Part shown: in pieces, positions 9,727-19,507 of the stretch
How positions within the stretch are numbered: position 1 is the first letter of the stretch
How the letters are laid out: every line of letters starts with the position of its first letter
Assembly: GCA_964401925.1 (NCBI GenBank)
Contig: CAYOAK010000003.1
Location: 1 to 41,777 of the forward strand
Length of the DNA stretch: 41,777 nt
Direction of reading: 5' to 3'
Source of the DNA: an uncultured Bdellovibrionales bacterium
Lineage (GTDB): Bacteria > Bdellovibrionota_C > UBA2361 > SZUA-149 > JADYYL01
Made by a program: the position numbers and the translations under genes
The notes under the pieces: model-generated
What the model was told of the DNA's origin: nothing
Database searches by the model: none
What the model saw: the letters and a program-made list of their open reading frames with translations, nothing else

Positions 9727-10197
9727 ATGCCAGTGGGATCTCTGGAGGTGAGCGTGTCGAGTTTTCGCATAATCGTTTTTTGTCTCGCGTTAGCGTCGGT
9801 TTCAACTGTTGCCTCGGCAGAAGAAACGCCTACTCGTAAGATGTACGGCTTCGGCGGAAACTGCGGCTGGGTATCGCAGCAGAAACAAAATATCATCGCC
9901 CAGGCACAGCGCGCTTGCGCTGGTCAGCGCAACCGCGGAAGCCTCACTTTGCTGATGGCAAGTAAGAAGCCTGGAGTTCGTGGACGGCCGTTGATCATGC
10001 CTCGTCTGCCCCTTATCGCTAAACCCACGCCGACCGGAACGCCGTTACCCACCCGCCCTGATGAGGCTCGGGCCGACTTCATCGCATCGAATACGAGAAG
10101 TGTAGCGCTCGGAAACGAGGGATCGAACCAATCAGCGTGCACGCGAGTAACGATACTGCAGAAGCAGCTTGCTGACTTTCAGAGAGCTTGCCGCTAG
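9727..10197 (+). CDS. hypothetical secreted protein
   Basis: Signal-peptide-like N-terminus (FRIIVFCLALASVSTVASA/EE), a Pro/Thr linker and several Cys. No family recognised. Confidence 0.5.
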   Translation: MPVGSLEVSVSSFRIIVFCLALASVSTVASAEETPTRKMYGFGGNCGWVSQQKQNIIAQAQRACAGQRNRGSLTLLMASKKPGVRGRPLIMPRLPLIAKPTPTGTPLPTRPDEARADFIASNTRSVALGNEGSNQSACTRVTILQKQLADFQRACR

Positions 10198-10364
10198 GGA
10201 TGCACGATACCCGCTTCCCAATACCGGCTCCTCCGGCTTGCTGCTTCCGCTAAACCTCTTGAAGCAACTGAAGTTTTTACGCCCCCGCCCGGGATGCGAC
10301 GATTGTATTCCACCCCATAACAGAGTGTTCTACTTGCGCCGCTCCTCACCACAGAGAGTTCTGA

Positions 10365-11639
10365 ATGACGACAGTCCAAACGCTTGCCGCCGGCTTTCAG
10401 GTCCGCGCCAACACCGAAAGCACGATTCTCAGCCGCAATGGGCTTCGAGTCGATCAACTTTCCAACGATGATCAGCGGGAAATGGGATTCGACGTGATTC
10501 GCTGCGCCGGCTGCGCCACCTTCGGACTCTACAAAGAGGGGATCGGCCGGCCCATCGACGCGGTCCAAATTCAAACGTCGCGGGGTCAAACGGCCGACGT
10601 GAAAGCGGCGGCAGAGAAAGAGCTGAGCGCCGCCACTTTCCGGGCGGCGCACGCCTCCGATCCGGCCGAGCAAACGAAGGCTCTCGCGAACTTTCCAAAT
10701 CAAGGAGCGGATCTTTCTGCGCCACAGAGATTTCTCTTAACAGCGGCGAGCCAACAACTGACAGGGGCACCAGGATCTGAGGACTCTCTTGCAGCGCTGA
10801 TGAGAGCAGCGGTCAATCCGCTTAAGTCGATCGTAGACCTGCCGCAAACAAAGGAGCTCGGGCAAAAGGTGCTGGAGACGGCACTTCAGCGCGGTCAGCT
10901 CGGCGCGCTCCCCGCGATCATCAACGCCTTCAACCTTGATCCAGGAATCATCCGGGAGCAGGCGACGAGCCGCTTTATGAGCGCGGTCGCAGGAGGTGAC
11001 GCCGATGCCGCTATGGATCTTCGCCGATTCGTCGCCGCCGATCTGTCCGCGCGAAAAGAGCTTCCGGCAGCTGTCCGATCCGGGATCACCAAGCTGATTG
11101 AAGGCGGTGAGTTCATGAAATTCACCGACCTGATCAAAACGGAAGGATTGACCTCCGTTTCCACGCAGTTCCTCAGCTCGCCCGAAGGCAGCGCTTTGAT
11201 GGGCTCCCGCATACGATCAGTCGTCAATGACTATGTCGAGATCTTGCAGAAGCTTCCGGCCGGCGGTCTGACAAGAGAGAATGCTGCAACCATGAGCAAC
11301 GACGATCTCGATCGGCTCGGCTCCCGCATGGATGCTGTGCAGAACCTGAACTTTGCCCTCGGCTCTGCCAATCGAGCGGGCGCTCGGCTCGACGCCGCGA
11401 CGATGAAGAGCTTGACCGAGTTTGGCAGTTCGGTGATCGCAGCCGAAATCAAACGTGGTGCGGTCGAAGGCACACCGCAGGCGTACACCCAGATTCTCAA
11501 TGTCCTCATCCAGGTCGATCCATCCATTCGCCGCAGCAGCGAAATTCGGGCCGCGTACGAGGAGCGGGTCGGAATCCTCCGGTCAACCCCGGCTTCCGAA
11601 TCCAAAGTTGAAACATTGAACCGTCTCTTCGGCCGCTAA
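10365..11639 (+). CDS. hypothetical protein (helical, no signal peptide)
   Basis: 424-aa ORF with coding-like composition. The antisense ORFs overlapping it are Arg/Pro-rich shadows. No motif recognised. Confidence 0.6.
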   Translation: MTTVQTLAAGFQVRANTESTILSRNGLRVDQLSNDDQREMGFDVIRCAGCATFGLYKEGIGRPIDAVQIQTSRGQTADVKAAAEKELSAATFRAAHASDPAEQTKALANFPNQGADLSAPQRFLLTAASQQLTGAPGSEDSLAALMRAAVNPLKSIVDLPQTKELGQKVLETALQRGQLGALPAIINAFNLDPGIIREQATSRFMSAVAGGDADAAMDLRRFVAADLSARKELPAAVRSGITKLIEGGEFMKFTDLIKTEGLTSVSTQFLSSPEGSALMGSRIRSVVNDYVEILQKLPAGGLTRENAATMSNDDLDRLGSRMDAVQNLNFALGSANRAGARLDAATMKSLTEFGSSVIAAEIKRGAVEGTPQAYTQILNVLIQVDPSIRRSSEIRAAYEERVGILRSTPASESKVETLNRLFGR

Positions 11640-11880
11640 CGGTTGCCGCAAAAAGCTACGGGATACCGCTAGCGGCGGAAGCGGCGCGGGGTCGAATTTT
11701 TTAAAAAGTGGCTTCTAGGGGCGTTTGGAGCCCTCTTTTGTCTCGGACTGAACTGCCTCTAAGCGTCTTCGCGGCAATTTATGGGCATCAATTTCTTGCC
11801 GGTGAAACCATGATCGTTCTCCCTGTCTCGTTCGCCCGAGTTTTAGGATAAACTACGGCGTCTGAATTTGGAGAACGCAG

Positions 11881-13651
11881 TTGGCTGAGGGAAAGGACGC
11901 TGGAGATCTCGCGGGCCGTGTGCTCGACGAGAAGTATCGGCTGAACGCCATTCTCGGCCGAGGCGGGATGGGCGTTGTCTACCGTGGAGAGCAGCTCGCC
12001 TTCGGCCGGTCCGTTGCGATCAAAGTTCTGCATTCGCATCTCGTTCAAGACAAAGAGTGGCAGAAGCGATTTCAGCATGAAGCGAAGATCGCTTCTATGC
12101 TCCACCACCCGAATTCGGTCGCAATCTACGACTACGGGGTCAGCGACGGGTTGGCCTACCTCGTTGAACGAGCTCCTTCGTTTTAGTCCGCGGCTTACCG
12201 TGGACACGCTCTTCCCGATTATCGAGCAGGTCTGCTCCGTGCTTGAAGAAGCTCACGGCCTCGGGATCATTCACCGGGATATCAAACCGGAGAATATCTT
12301 TCTCGCGAAAGGTCCGGGTGGAACAACTCAGGTCAAAGTTCTCGACTTCGGGATCGCAAAGCTGCTTGAAGCTCCCGGATCGTCGTCGATGATCCAAACC
12401 CAGCACGGGATGTTTCTTGGTACTCCTCGTTATGCGTCGCCCGAGCAGGCGCTCGCCAAAGAGATCGACGGACGCTCCGATCTCTATTCTCTCGGCGTCA
12501 TCATGTACGAGGCGCTCTCAGGAAAAGCTCCGTTCTCAGCGACTACTCCGATGGAGGTGCTGCTGCAGCGAGTAAACACGGACCCGGTTCGGCTCTCTCA
12601 GATCTCACCAGATATTCCAAAGCAGTTGAGTGACCTGGTCGCACAGTGCTTGTCGCGAGACGCGTCGCGAAGATTCCAAACGGCAGGACAACTCGCTGCG
12701 GCGCTCAGAACGCTTCGCCCCTCGCACCGGCCTCTCATACAAGTATTTCTCATTGCCGCCGCTGGAGCGCTCGTGGCCGCGGCAGTGCTCTATTTCGCGG
12801 CGATTCGGCGGGGAGACGAGCCTCCGGTGCCGGCGCCGACGACCACCACCACTCTTCCAACCCCGGTCGCAACTCTCGTTCCTGCATTCACCCCTCTCCC
12901 GACAAGAACAAGTGCCCCGGCACCGACGCCCGCGATGATCGTTCCCACCGCAGCACCGTCGCCGGTTTCAACTCCTGTTACCACTCCTCAGCCGACGATC
13001 CCGCCGACCGTTGCGCCAGTGTTCGAGCCGCCGACCGCCGCTCCCACACCGGTTCCAACAATCATCGAAACAGAGCCGCAACTCTTTAATCGAGCGGTGG
13101 GATTATATCAGTCACGCCAGTATGAGGCGGCGATTCCCCTGCTCCGTCAGGCGATCATCTTGAATCCGAACAGGCTCGAAAGCCGATTGGCGCTGAGCGC
13201 AAGCTTAGCCCGGACCGGAAATCGGGCCGAAGCACTCGATCAGATCCGAACAGCAGCGGGCCGCTTCCGAAAGTCAGCTCTCGTGAGCTACGAACTCGCT
13301 CGCCTAGAAGCGGTTCAACGTGAAGATGATGCCGCTCTCGATGCCCTGCAAAGATCGATCGACCTTGATCCGGGCTTCCGGCAACGCGCTTTAAAGGATC
13401 CGGATTTGGCCTCCCTCCGCGAATTAAACCGTTTCCGCGAGATCACAGGCTCCAAACCGGTCGAATCGAGACAAGGTCGCGTGCGTTACCCCTCGAGGGT
13501 TGAACCGACGCCCCGCGGAGGAACCGGGGAATCGCCGCCGGATCGGCCGGAACCGACGCCGGCCGCGAAGCGGAATCATACGGAGGTGCTCGGGGTCGGA
13601 GAGGTGTTTGATTCCCTCAACCGATCGGTTCTCGACGTCTTTGGGCGTTAA
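11881..13651 (+). pseudogene. Ser/Thr protein kinase (Hanks type) with TM segment, Pro/Thr linker and TPR tail; reading frame broken in the kinase hinge
   Basis: In frame 1 (11881-12186) are the G-loop GRGGMGVVY, VAIK and ..YDYGVSDGLAYLV, then a stop. In frame 2 (to 13651) are ..IIHRDIKPENIFL, VLDFGIAK and GTPRYASPEQ, then a TM helix, a P/T-rich linker and TPR-like repeats. One kinase domain is therefore split by a +1 frame change near 12163-12186. Confidence 0.75.
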
Positions 13652-13677
13652 TACCGGCTCAACGCAGCTCAGCGCGA

Positions 13678-13770
13678 CCTAGAGCCGTCCTGGTTTCGTC
13701 CCGGTACGATTTGACGGCCCAAAGGGCCGACAGGATTTCCTATATAGGACGGCTCTAGGCTTTTGTTTCG
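13678..13770 (+). terminator. long inverted repeat followed by T-rich run (terminator-like or small structured RNA)
   Basis: A 14-bp perfect inverted repeat, CCTAGAGCCGTCCT (13678-13691) / AGGACGGCTCTAGG (13746-13759). It encloses an inner hairpin CGGCCC-AAA-GGGCCG (13715-13729) and is followed by CTTTTGTTTC. Confidence 0.35.
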
Positions 13771-14012
13771 CTCCGAAAAGAGCGCATCCAGCGCACTTTC
13801 TACGCATTACGGAGGCGGCAAGCCCTTGCACGCCTCCGCCGGTCGCCATCCAAGGCGACCGATAGAGCAGTTTTCTCTGCCACAACGAGCTTAGTACCGC
13901 TCTAGCAAACTGAGCGGCACAAAACTTTGTTTGTGCAGAGGGGGCGTATTTGAAAGACTGCTGCGGTCTTGCGGGATGTTGGATCCCGGAGACATCCTAT
14001 TTTGGAGAACTG

Positions 14013-14501
14013 ATGAAAGGGAAAATTTTACTATCTTTAGCTGTGTCGCTCGCGCTTCCGCTCGCTGCCTATGCCGATAATGTCGGGCAGTGTGGATGGG
14101 GCTCACGTCTAATGAAGGGTGGCCACGGAATATTTCCGCAAGTGCTCGCGGTAACGACCAACGGAACTTCCGGCAACCAAACCTTCGGGATCAGCTCCGG
14201 TACTTCCGGCTGCACCCAGGATGGAACAGTCGAGTCGAACTGGAAGACGGCTGCTTACATCGAAAGCAACAAAGAGAAGCTTGCACGTGATGTTTCGCGC
14301 GGAAGCGGCGAAGCGATCGAGTCGCTTGCTGCTCTGATGGGGATCGCTCCCGAAGACAAGGAGCTCTTCTTCTCAGCTGCGAAGGCAAACTTCACGAAGC
14401 TGTTCCCCTCTGCAGATGTTTCCCAGACCGAGGTTACGGCCTCACTGCGGAATCTCGTTGCAGAGACACCGGGACTGGAAGGCTATCGCGCAAGTCTGTA
14501 G
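14013..14501 (+). CDS. DUF3015-family secreted protein
   Basis: ATG at 14013 follows GGAGAA and gives a signal peptide (MKGKILLSLAVSLALPLAAYA). The mature part has CGWG.. and TTNGTSGNQTFGISSGTSGC, characteristic of DUF3015. Confidence 0.8.
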   Translation: MKGKILLSLAVSLALPLAAYADNVGQCGWGSRLMKGGHGIFPQVLAVTTNGTSGNQTFGISSGTSGCTQDGTVESNWKTAAYIESNKEKLARDVSRGSGEAIESLAALMGIAPEDKELFFSAAKANFTKLFPSADVSQTEVTASLRNLVAETPGLEGYRASL

Positions 14502-14521
14502 TTAAGACGCGACAGCGGGGG

Positions 14522-14550
14522 AAAGGCACCTTGAGGTGCCTTTCTTTTTT
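14522..14550 (+). terminator. rho-independent terminator
   Basis: A 9-bp stem AAAGGCACC / GGTGCCTTT with loop TTGA, followed by CTTTTTT, located 20 nt after the DUF3015 stop. Confidence 0.7.
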
Positions 14551-14625
14551 GGTGAGGGTCTCTTTTCGGTGAGGGTCGTTTTTCAATCCCCGTCGTTTTT
14601 TCATTTCCGGCTTTTGGATTTCTCC

Positions 14626-16539
14626 ATGTCTCGGTCATCGGCGGCGAAGCTCATTACAGTCCTGCTGCTGTTGTCGGGTCTTCGGGCCGACTGTTTTGCC
14701 CAGAGCATCGAGCAGATTATCGACTCGGGTCAGCTACTGAAAAAAGCCGAGGAAAGGCGGCTCTCGGTTCACCCGGAATGGCGGCGCTTGCTGCATTTTG
14801 CCCCGCATAATCTTGGTCTGGCGAATAAGAGCGAAGTCGATGATGACCAATTCTTTCTCTCGCCGAATGGAAAAGAAGATGCGCAGGCCGAGCTGGACGC
14901 GACGATTCGAGCGCTTTTTTCAGCGAAGACCGGCGACGAAGCAGAGCGTTGCCGCTTCATCGGACGCAAACGGTGGCTGGAGCAGCAGCTCGACTTCAAA
15001 CTGCCCGAGGACGACTGCCTCCGTTATCGGAAATGGATTGACTCCCTGAATCCCGAGCGTGTGACGCTCATTCTGCCCGCGGCGTACCTGAATAATCCGG
15101 CCTCTATGTTTGGACACACCTTTCTCCGAGTCGATCCGAAAGGCCAAGGAAGGTCGGAACGGTTGCTCTCCTATGGAATCAACTACGCCGCCAATACAGT
15201 CGATCAACAAGGCGTACTGTATGCTTTCAAAGGAATCTTTGGCGGTTATCAGGGCTATTTCTCCATCCTGCCGTATTACGTGCAGGTGAAGGATTACAGC
15301 GACCTCGAAAACCGGGATATCTGGGAGTACGAGCTGGCCCTCACTGAGCCAGAGGTCAGAAGGTTGCTCGATCACCTCTGGGAGCTCCGCGGCATCGCTT
15401 CCGACTATTATTTCTTCGACGAGAATTGCTCCTATCACCTGCTCGATCTTCTCGAAGTCGCCCGGCCGAATCTCAACTTGAAGCAAAAGTTCATCGGCCC
15501 CGTAATACCCTCCGACACTGTTCGCGCTGTTCTTGAAAACACCGGATTACTCGTGCACACCGAGTTTCGCCCCTCCCTTCGTTCGGTCATCGCTGAGCGA
15601 AGTGCCGGCCTCTCTGCCGAGGAGCGCAGGCAGGCTGTGATGCTCGCCACTGGAGATCCGCAAAGCTTTCATGCCGCTCGATCCTCGGTGGTGAACCCAA
15701 AGACAATCGACACCGCGCAGGATTATGCGAGTTTTCTCTGGTTTTCCAAACCGGAACGTGAGGCATTTTTCAAGGAGCGCACATATCAGCTGACCGCCCT
15801 TCGAAGTACTTTACCGAACCCCGCGCCGGCACCTCCTCCAGCACTTCCACCGCGTCCCGAGCAGGGACATCGCACCGCACGGACGAGTTTGGGGGGTGGT
15901 TTCGACGAGGGAGATGCTTACGCGCAGCTCGAATTTCGAGCTTCCTATCACGACCTCTTGGACCCCGAGCCGGGCTACACGAAGGGCGCACAAATCCAAC
16001 TTCTGAACGCGGCACTCCGGCTGACAGACGATCAGCTTCAGGTAGAACGAGTGGAGGTCGTGGACATTCTGTCGCTCGGCTTCCGCAATGAGTTCTTCCG
16101 CCCGATCTCGTGGAGCGTTTCCTCCGGACTCGAGCGGCTTCGAATTCGAAATGGTCATGACGACCTCACCGGATATCTCCGGGTCGGCGGAGGACTCGCC
16201 TATGCCCCTGCCCCCTACCTGCAATTTGCACTGCTCGCGGGCCCTTCGCTTTCGATCTCGGGGGTATTTGAACAGAGCGCCGCAATCGGTCTTGGACCGC
16301 AGGCACTTGCGGTGCTTGACCTGTCAGACGCGGATCGGTTGCTATTCAGCGTTCGTGCTACTCAGCACCTGTTTCGCGATCGCTGGCTCGCCTCGGAATT
16401 TCGCGCAGCTCTTCGTCACACCGTCGACGTCAATTGGGCGGCCGAATTGTCGGCTGTCCGGCAGCTGAATGATTCCTCATCGGGAGATTTCAATCGGTCG
16501 GTGACGGAGGTACAAGTTCTCCTGAGGCGCTACTTCTAA
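14626..16539 (+). CDS. DUF4105 (Lnb N-terminal domain) protein with probable C-terminal outer-membrane beta-barrel
   Basis: ATG at 14626 gives a signal peptide (MSRSSAAKLITVLLLLSGLRADCFA). DUF4105-like core (..NPASMFGHTFLRVD..). The C-terminal third has alternating hydrophobic strands and ends ..VLLRRYF, a terminal Phe typical of OMPs. The longer ORF from 14536 overlaps the terminator. Confidence 0.8.
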   Translation: MSRSSAAKLITVLLLLSGLRADCFAQSIEQIIDSGQLLKKAEERRLSVHPEWRRLLHFAPHNLGLANKSEVDDDQFFLSPNGKEDAQAELDATIRALFSAKTGDEAERCRFIGRKRWLEQQLDFKLPEDDCLRYRKWIDSLNPERVTLILPAAYLNNPASMFGHTFLRVDPKGQGRSERLLSYGINYAANTVDQQGVLYAFKGIFGGYQGYFSILPYYVQVKDYSDLENRDIWEYELALTEPEVRRLLDHLWELRGIASDYYFFDENCSYHLLDLLEVARPNLNLKQKFIGPVIPSDTVRAVLENTGLLVHTEFRPSLRSVIAERSAGLSAEERRQAVMLATGDPQSFHAARSSVVNPKTIDTAQDYASFLWFSKPEREAFFKERTYQLTALRSTLPNPAPAPPPALPPRPEQGHRTARTSLGGGFDEGDAYAQLEFRASYHDLLDPEPGYTKGAQIQLLNAALRLTDDQLQVERVEVVDILSLGFRNEFFRPISWSVSSGLERLRIRNGHDDLTGYLRVGGGLAYAPAPYLQFALLAGPSLSISGVFEQSAAIGLGPQALAVLDLSDADRLLFSVRATQHLFRDRWLASEFRAALRHTVDVNWAAELSAVRQLNDSSSGDFNRSVTEVQVLLRRYF

Positions 16540-17387
16540 TGCCGATTTTTCGGATACTCAGAATTTTGGCTGGGGCATCGCTGATTCTCTCTCTCTCAAG
16601 CTGCAACAATCTCCTCTTCTTTCCTCAGCGTGAATACCTCCTCTCGCCAAGCGAGCTTCAACTCGAGTTTGAAGAAGTACGTTTCCCGATGGCAGACGGA
16701 GTGACGCTCGCCGCTTGGCATCTTCATCACAAGACGGAAGGTCCGAGGAAAGGGACGATTCTGTTTCTCCACGGTAACGCGGAGAACATCAGCACACACA
16801 TCTTCTCTGTCGACTGGCTGCCGGCCGCCGGATACGACGTATATTCACTCGATTATCGCGGATTCGGAGCTTCGGAGGGTGGGCTCAGCATGAACCGCTC
16901 TATCTCCGATATTCGAACGGTCATCGAATCGATCTCGTCTACGGCTCACGGGCCGCTGATCGTGTTCGGACAGAGCATTGGTGCCGCGCTCGCCATCCCG
17001 GCGATCGCACCGAAAGAGATTCAACACCAGCTCGCGGCGGTGATCCTTGAGAGCCCAGTAAGTTCTTATCGCCGGATCGCGAGGGAAAAGCTTGGGGAGC
17101 TCTGGCTGACCTGGCCACTCCAGTGGCCGCTAAGCTTCCTTCTCTCCGACCATTACGCGCCGGAGCGATGGGCGGAAAAGTTAATGCTGCCAACGCTAAT
17201 CGTGCATAGCCGTGATGATGAGATTGTTCCATTTCATCACGGCGAACGGGTCTACGGCCTGGCGAAGGGAAATGGCCGGACGGAATTCATTGCCTTCGAC
17301 GGCGAGCGCCACATCCACATCTTTCGGCGTATTGCAGCACGTGAGCAGCTCTTGGACTTCCTGCGCCGAACTACTTTGTTACCGTGA
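16539..17387 (+). CDS. alpha/beta hydrolase
   Basis: Start overlaps the upstream stop (TAATG). Lipoprotein-like N-terminus (LSLSSC), the LFLHGNAENI oxyanion region, nucleophile elbow GQSIGAA, and HSRDDEIVPFHHG carrying the acid/His region. Confidence 0.85.
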   Translation: MPIFRILRILAGASLILSLSSCNNLLFFPQREYLLSPSELQLEFEEVRFPMADGVTLAAWHLHHKTEGPRKGTILFLHGNAENISTHIFSVDWLPAAGYDVYSLDYRGFGASEGGLSMNRSISDIRTVIESISSTAHGPLIVFGQSIGAALAIPAIAPKEIQHQLAAVILESPVSSYRRIAREKLGELWLTWPLQWPLSFLLSDHYAPERWAEKLMLPTLIVHSRDDEIVPFHHGERVYGLAKGNGRTEFIAFDGERHIHIFRRIAAREQLLDFLRRTTLLP

Positions 17388-19239
17388 TCTTCACTCCCCG
17401 GGCGCTTCGGCTCTGATTTCCGGAGTCAGTGACAGTGGCGACGAGAGTGTACTTTCCCTTTTTCTTGAATTTCGCGTCCCCCCGATAAACACTACCCGAA
17501 CGGCGAAGCGTAAAGGAAAGCGATCCGGCTCGCATTCTCACGCTGCGCACTCCGCGGTCGTCTGAAACGGAAACCCGGCATTTCGTCGCCTTCTTCACTC
17601 TCACCTTGGTGGGCGAGCAGGTAAGACGGCCAATCACAGGGGGCCGATCAACGTCGACGTTGTCATCTCCGCCCGGCGGGTCGACTTCGGAGGTCGGAGA
17701 GGCATAAGCGCCTGGCGGTGTTGTTGCAGTTCGAGGCGCTTCGCTCCTATCGCGATCGACCGTGTTTACCAAATTTCCGGCTGGTGCGAGTGGAGGCGTG
17801 GCCCGATCTCCACCGGGAAAGGCCGGAATGGTTGCTGTGACAGCGGTGAGGAGGTTCCCCCCGGCAAGCGGACGGAAGTCTCCCCCGGCAGCATTGATGA
17901 ACTGCGGCGCGGTCGAAGTGATTGTATTGTCGGCGATGAGCTGAGTCTCGTTGCAGGTTGGATTTGACGGCTGACAACCACCCCCGTCGACTCCGAGGTT
18001 TGTGAACTCCGGCCCGCTCGAGATGTAGTTGCCTTGAATGCGCAAATTGTCGTCAACAACGACTGGTCCTGGAACATTGCTCCCGGCGAGAGCTGTCTGC
18101 GGCCCATAGAGCGCAAAGATCTGCCCGCCGGTTGAGAATTCCGGCGGATTGTAGATGACATTGTTGAAGATCGAGATGTTCCGATCGCCGATTGGTGCCG
18201 ACACGTCTTGACCGACCGAGGCGGTACCCCAACCGCCAAGGTTGATATTTGCTTGGCAAGCGGATGCGTTTCCGTCGCACGATCTCAGTCCAAAAACGAC
18301 TTCTATTGTATGCGAGCGGCTGCCCACCCGGTAAAGCGTATTGTGCGCGAGAAGGATATTATAGCCCCCGTTCACTCCGAGTCCGGCGCCCTCCGTGTCG
18401 TGAATCACGTTGTTGATGACCTTGATGTCGTAGGCCTCATAATGAATCCAGGGCGATGTCATGAATTCAAATCCGGTCCCCTGCCCTGCGGTAAAGCCGC
18501 CCGTGCCGCAATTGAAGATCCTGTTGCCCTCGACGCGCAGATAGGCAGAGCCCCCTTTCGCGTAGGCGCACCAGTCCTGCGCATTATGAATCAGGTTCCG
18601 CGCAATATGTCCGTATTGAACCGCGACGAAGTCGATGGCGTTGTCATCGGCGCCGTGGATGTTTGAATCCTCGATGTAGATATAGCTCGACTGGTTGATT
18701 TTGATCGTCTCGTGCGCCGCTCGGTTTCCTCCGCTCAGCTCACTATTTCGAATCAGAATATGGTCGCATCGCTCGCAATGAAATGCATCTCCTGCCGGTG
18801 ACGGATTGATGACGAGATCTTCAAGGTAAAGATAGCGCGTATCAAACACATTGAGGTCGCCGGCGAGAGTGACCGTTCCTCGTCCGCCGTTCGCACGAAA
18901 GATGATCGGCGCATTGAATGTGCCGTAGCGCGATTCGAGATAGTTCGGGATCGCGGACTCGGCCAGTGTTCCTGGAAGAATATTTATCCGAAATCCGGTG
19001 CCGAGATTCGAACCCTGGGGAATGGTGTTCCACGCCTGAGTCAGTGTTCGAAAAGCGTTCCCGCTGGAAAGTCCATCGCGTGAGTCACTCCCATTCACCG
19101 GATCTACGAAGTAATCGGTGACGAGCGGGTTTCCTTTATCGTAGCGAAGCTCCGCCATCTCTTGGGCATGCGCGGACGCCACGAGAATAGCGAATAGATG
19201 AAGGGCGAAGATGAGCGGAAAGGAGGTTTTTGCTTGCAC
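17371..19239 (-). CDS. secreted right-handed parallel beta-helix repeat protein with C-terminal Ig-like domain
   Basis: Repeated ..N.I.....D.AI.. turns (pectate-lyase-like, e.g. IHGADDNAIDF, IHNAQDWCAY, IHDTEGAGLGV). The GTG at 19239 gives the signal peptide KTSFPLIFALHLFAILVASAHA; the ORF is open up to 19341. Confidence 0.8.
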   Translation of the reverse strand: MQAKTSFPLIFALHLFAILVASAHAQEMAELRYDKGNPLVTDYFVDPVNGSDSRDGLSSGNAFRTLTQAWNTIPQGSNLGTGFRINILPGTLAESAIPNYLESRYGTFNAPIIFRANGGRGTVTLAGDLNVFDTRYLYLEDLVINPSPAGDAFHCERCDHILIRNSELSGGNRAAHETIKINQSSYIYIEDSNIHGADDNAIDFVAVQYGHIARNLIHNAQDWCAYAKGGSAYLRVEGNRIFNCGTGGFTAGQGTGFEFMTSPWIHYEAYDIKVINNVIHDTEGAGLGVNGGYNILLAHNTLYRVGSRSHTIEVVFGLRSCDGNASACQANINLGGWGTASVGQDVSAPIGDRNISIFNNVIYNPPEFSTGGQIFALYGPQTALAGSNVPGPVVVDDNLRIQGNYISSGPEFTNLGVDGGGCQPSNPTCNETQLIADNTITSTAPQFINAAGGDFRPLAGGNLLTAVTATIPAFPGGDRATPPLAPAGNLVNTVDRDRSEAPRTATTPPGAYASPTSEVDPPGGDDNVDVDRPPVIGRLTCSPTKVRVKKATKCRVSVSDDRGVRSVRMRAGSLSFTLRRSGSVYRGDAKFKKKGKYTLVATVTDSGNQSRSARGVKITVTK

Positions 19240-19507
19240 GAGTGTTACTATCGGCCCGGCACCGACCGGCCTTAAGTGCCCGATACGTAGTAACTTTGTG
19301 TGTTTTCCCTCAGGTGCCGCCGGGCCCGGACTCCAGCACAACTCGATTCGTACTGATTTGCATCGGATGCCCCCACCGGACCCGCGGACCGGGTTACGAA
19401 AGACGCAGCGGTTCTGACCAGTTGCCGAATGGTGGGAATACGACCCAGGTCATACCTCCCCGCCCCGCAGCCGGTTCACACTGCGGCAATCATCGGAAGG
19501 AGACGCA

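Noticed and set aside
9168-9896. 242-aa minus-strand ORF spanning the end of the 763-aa gene and the next gene's start
   Set aside because: It is antisense to two better-supported plus-strand genes and has no motifs. It is a shadow ORF.
14073-14080. Second GCCGATAA octamer (possible sigma-28 -10 element)
   Set aside because: It lies inside the DUF3015 coding sequence with no TAAA-like -35 element at the right spacing, so it is probably a chance occurrence. It tempers confidence in the flagellin promoter call.
14536-14625. Longer N-terminus for the DUF4105 protein (MPFFFGEGLF..)
   Set aside because: It overlaps the terminator hairpin and its T-run. The ATG at 14626 yields a proper signal peptide.
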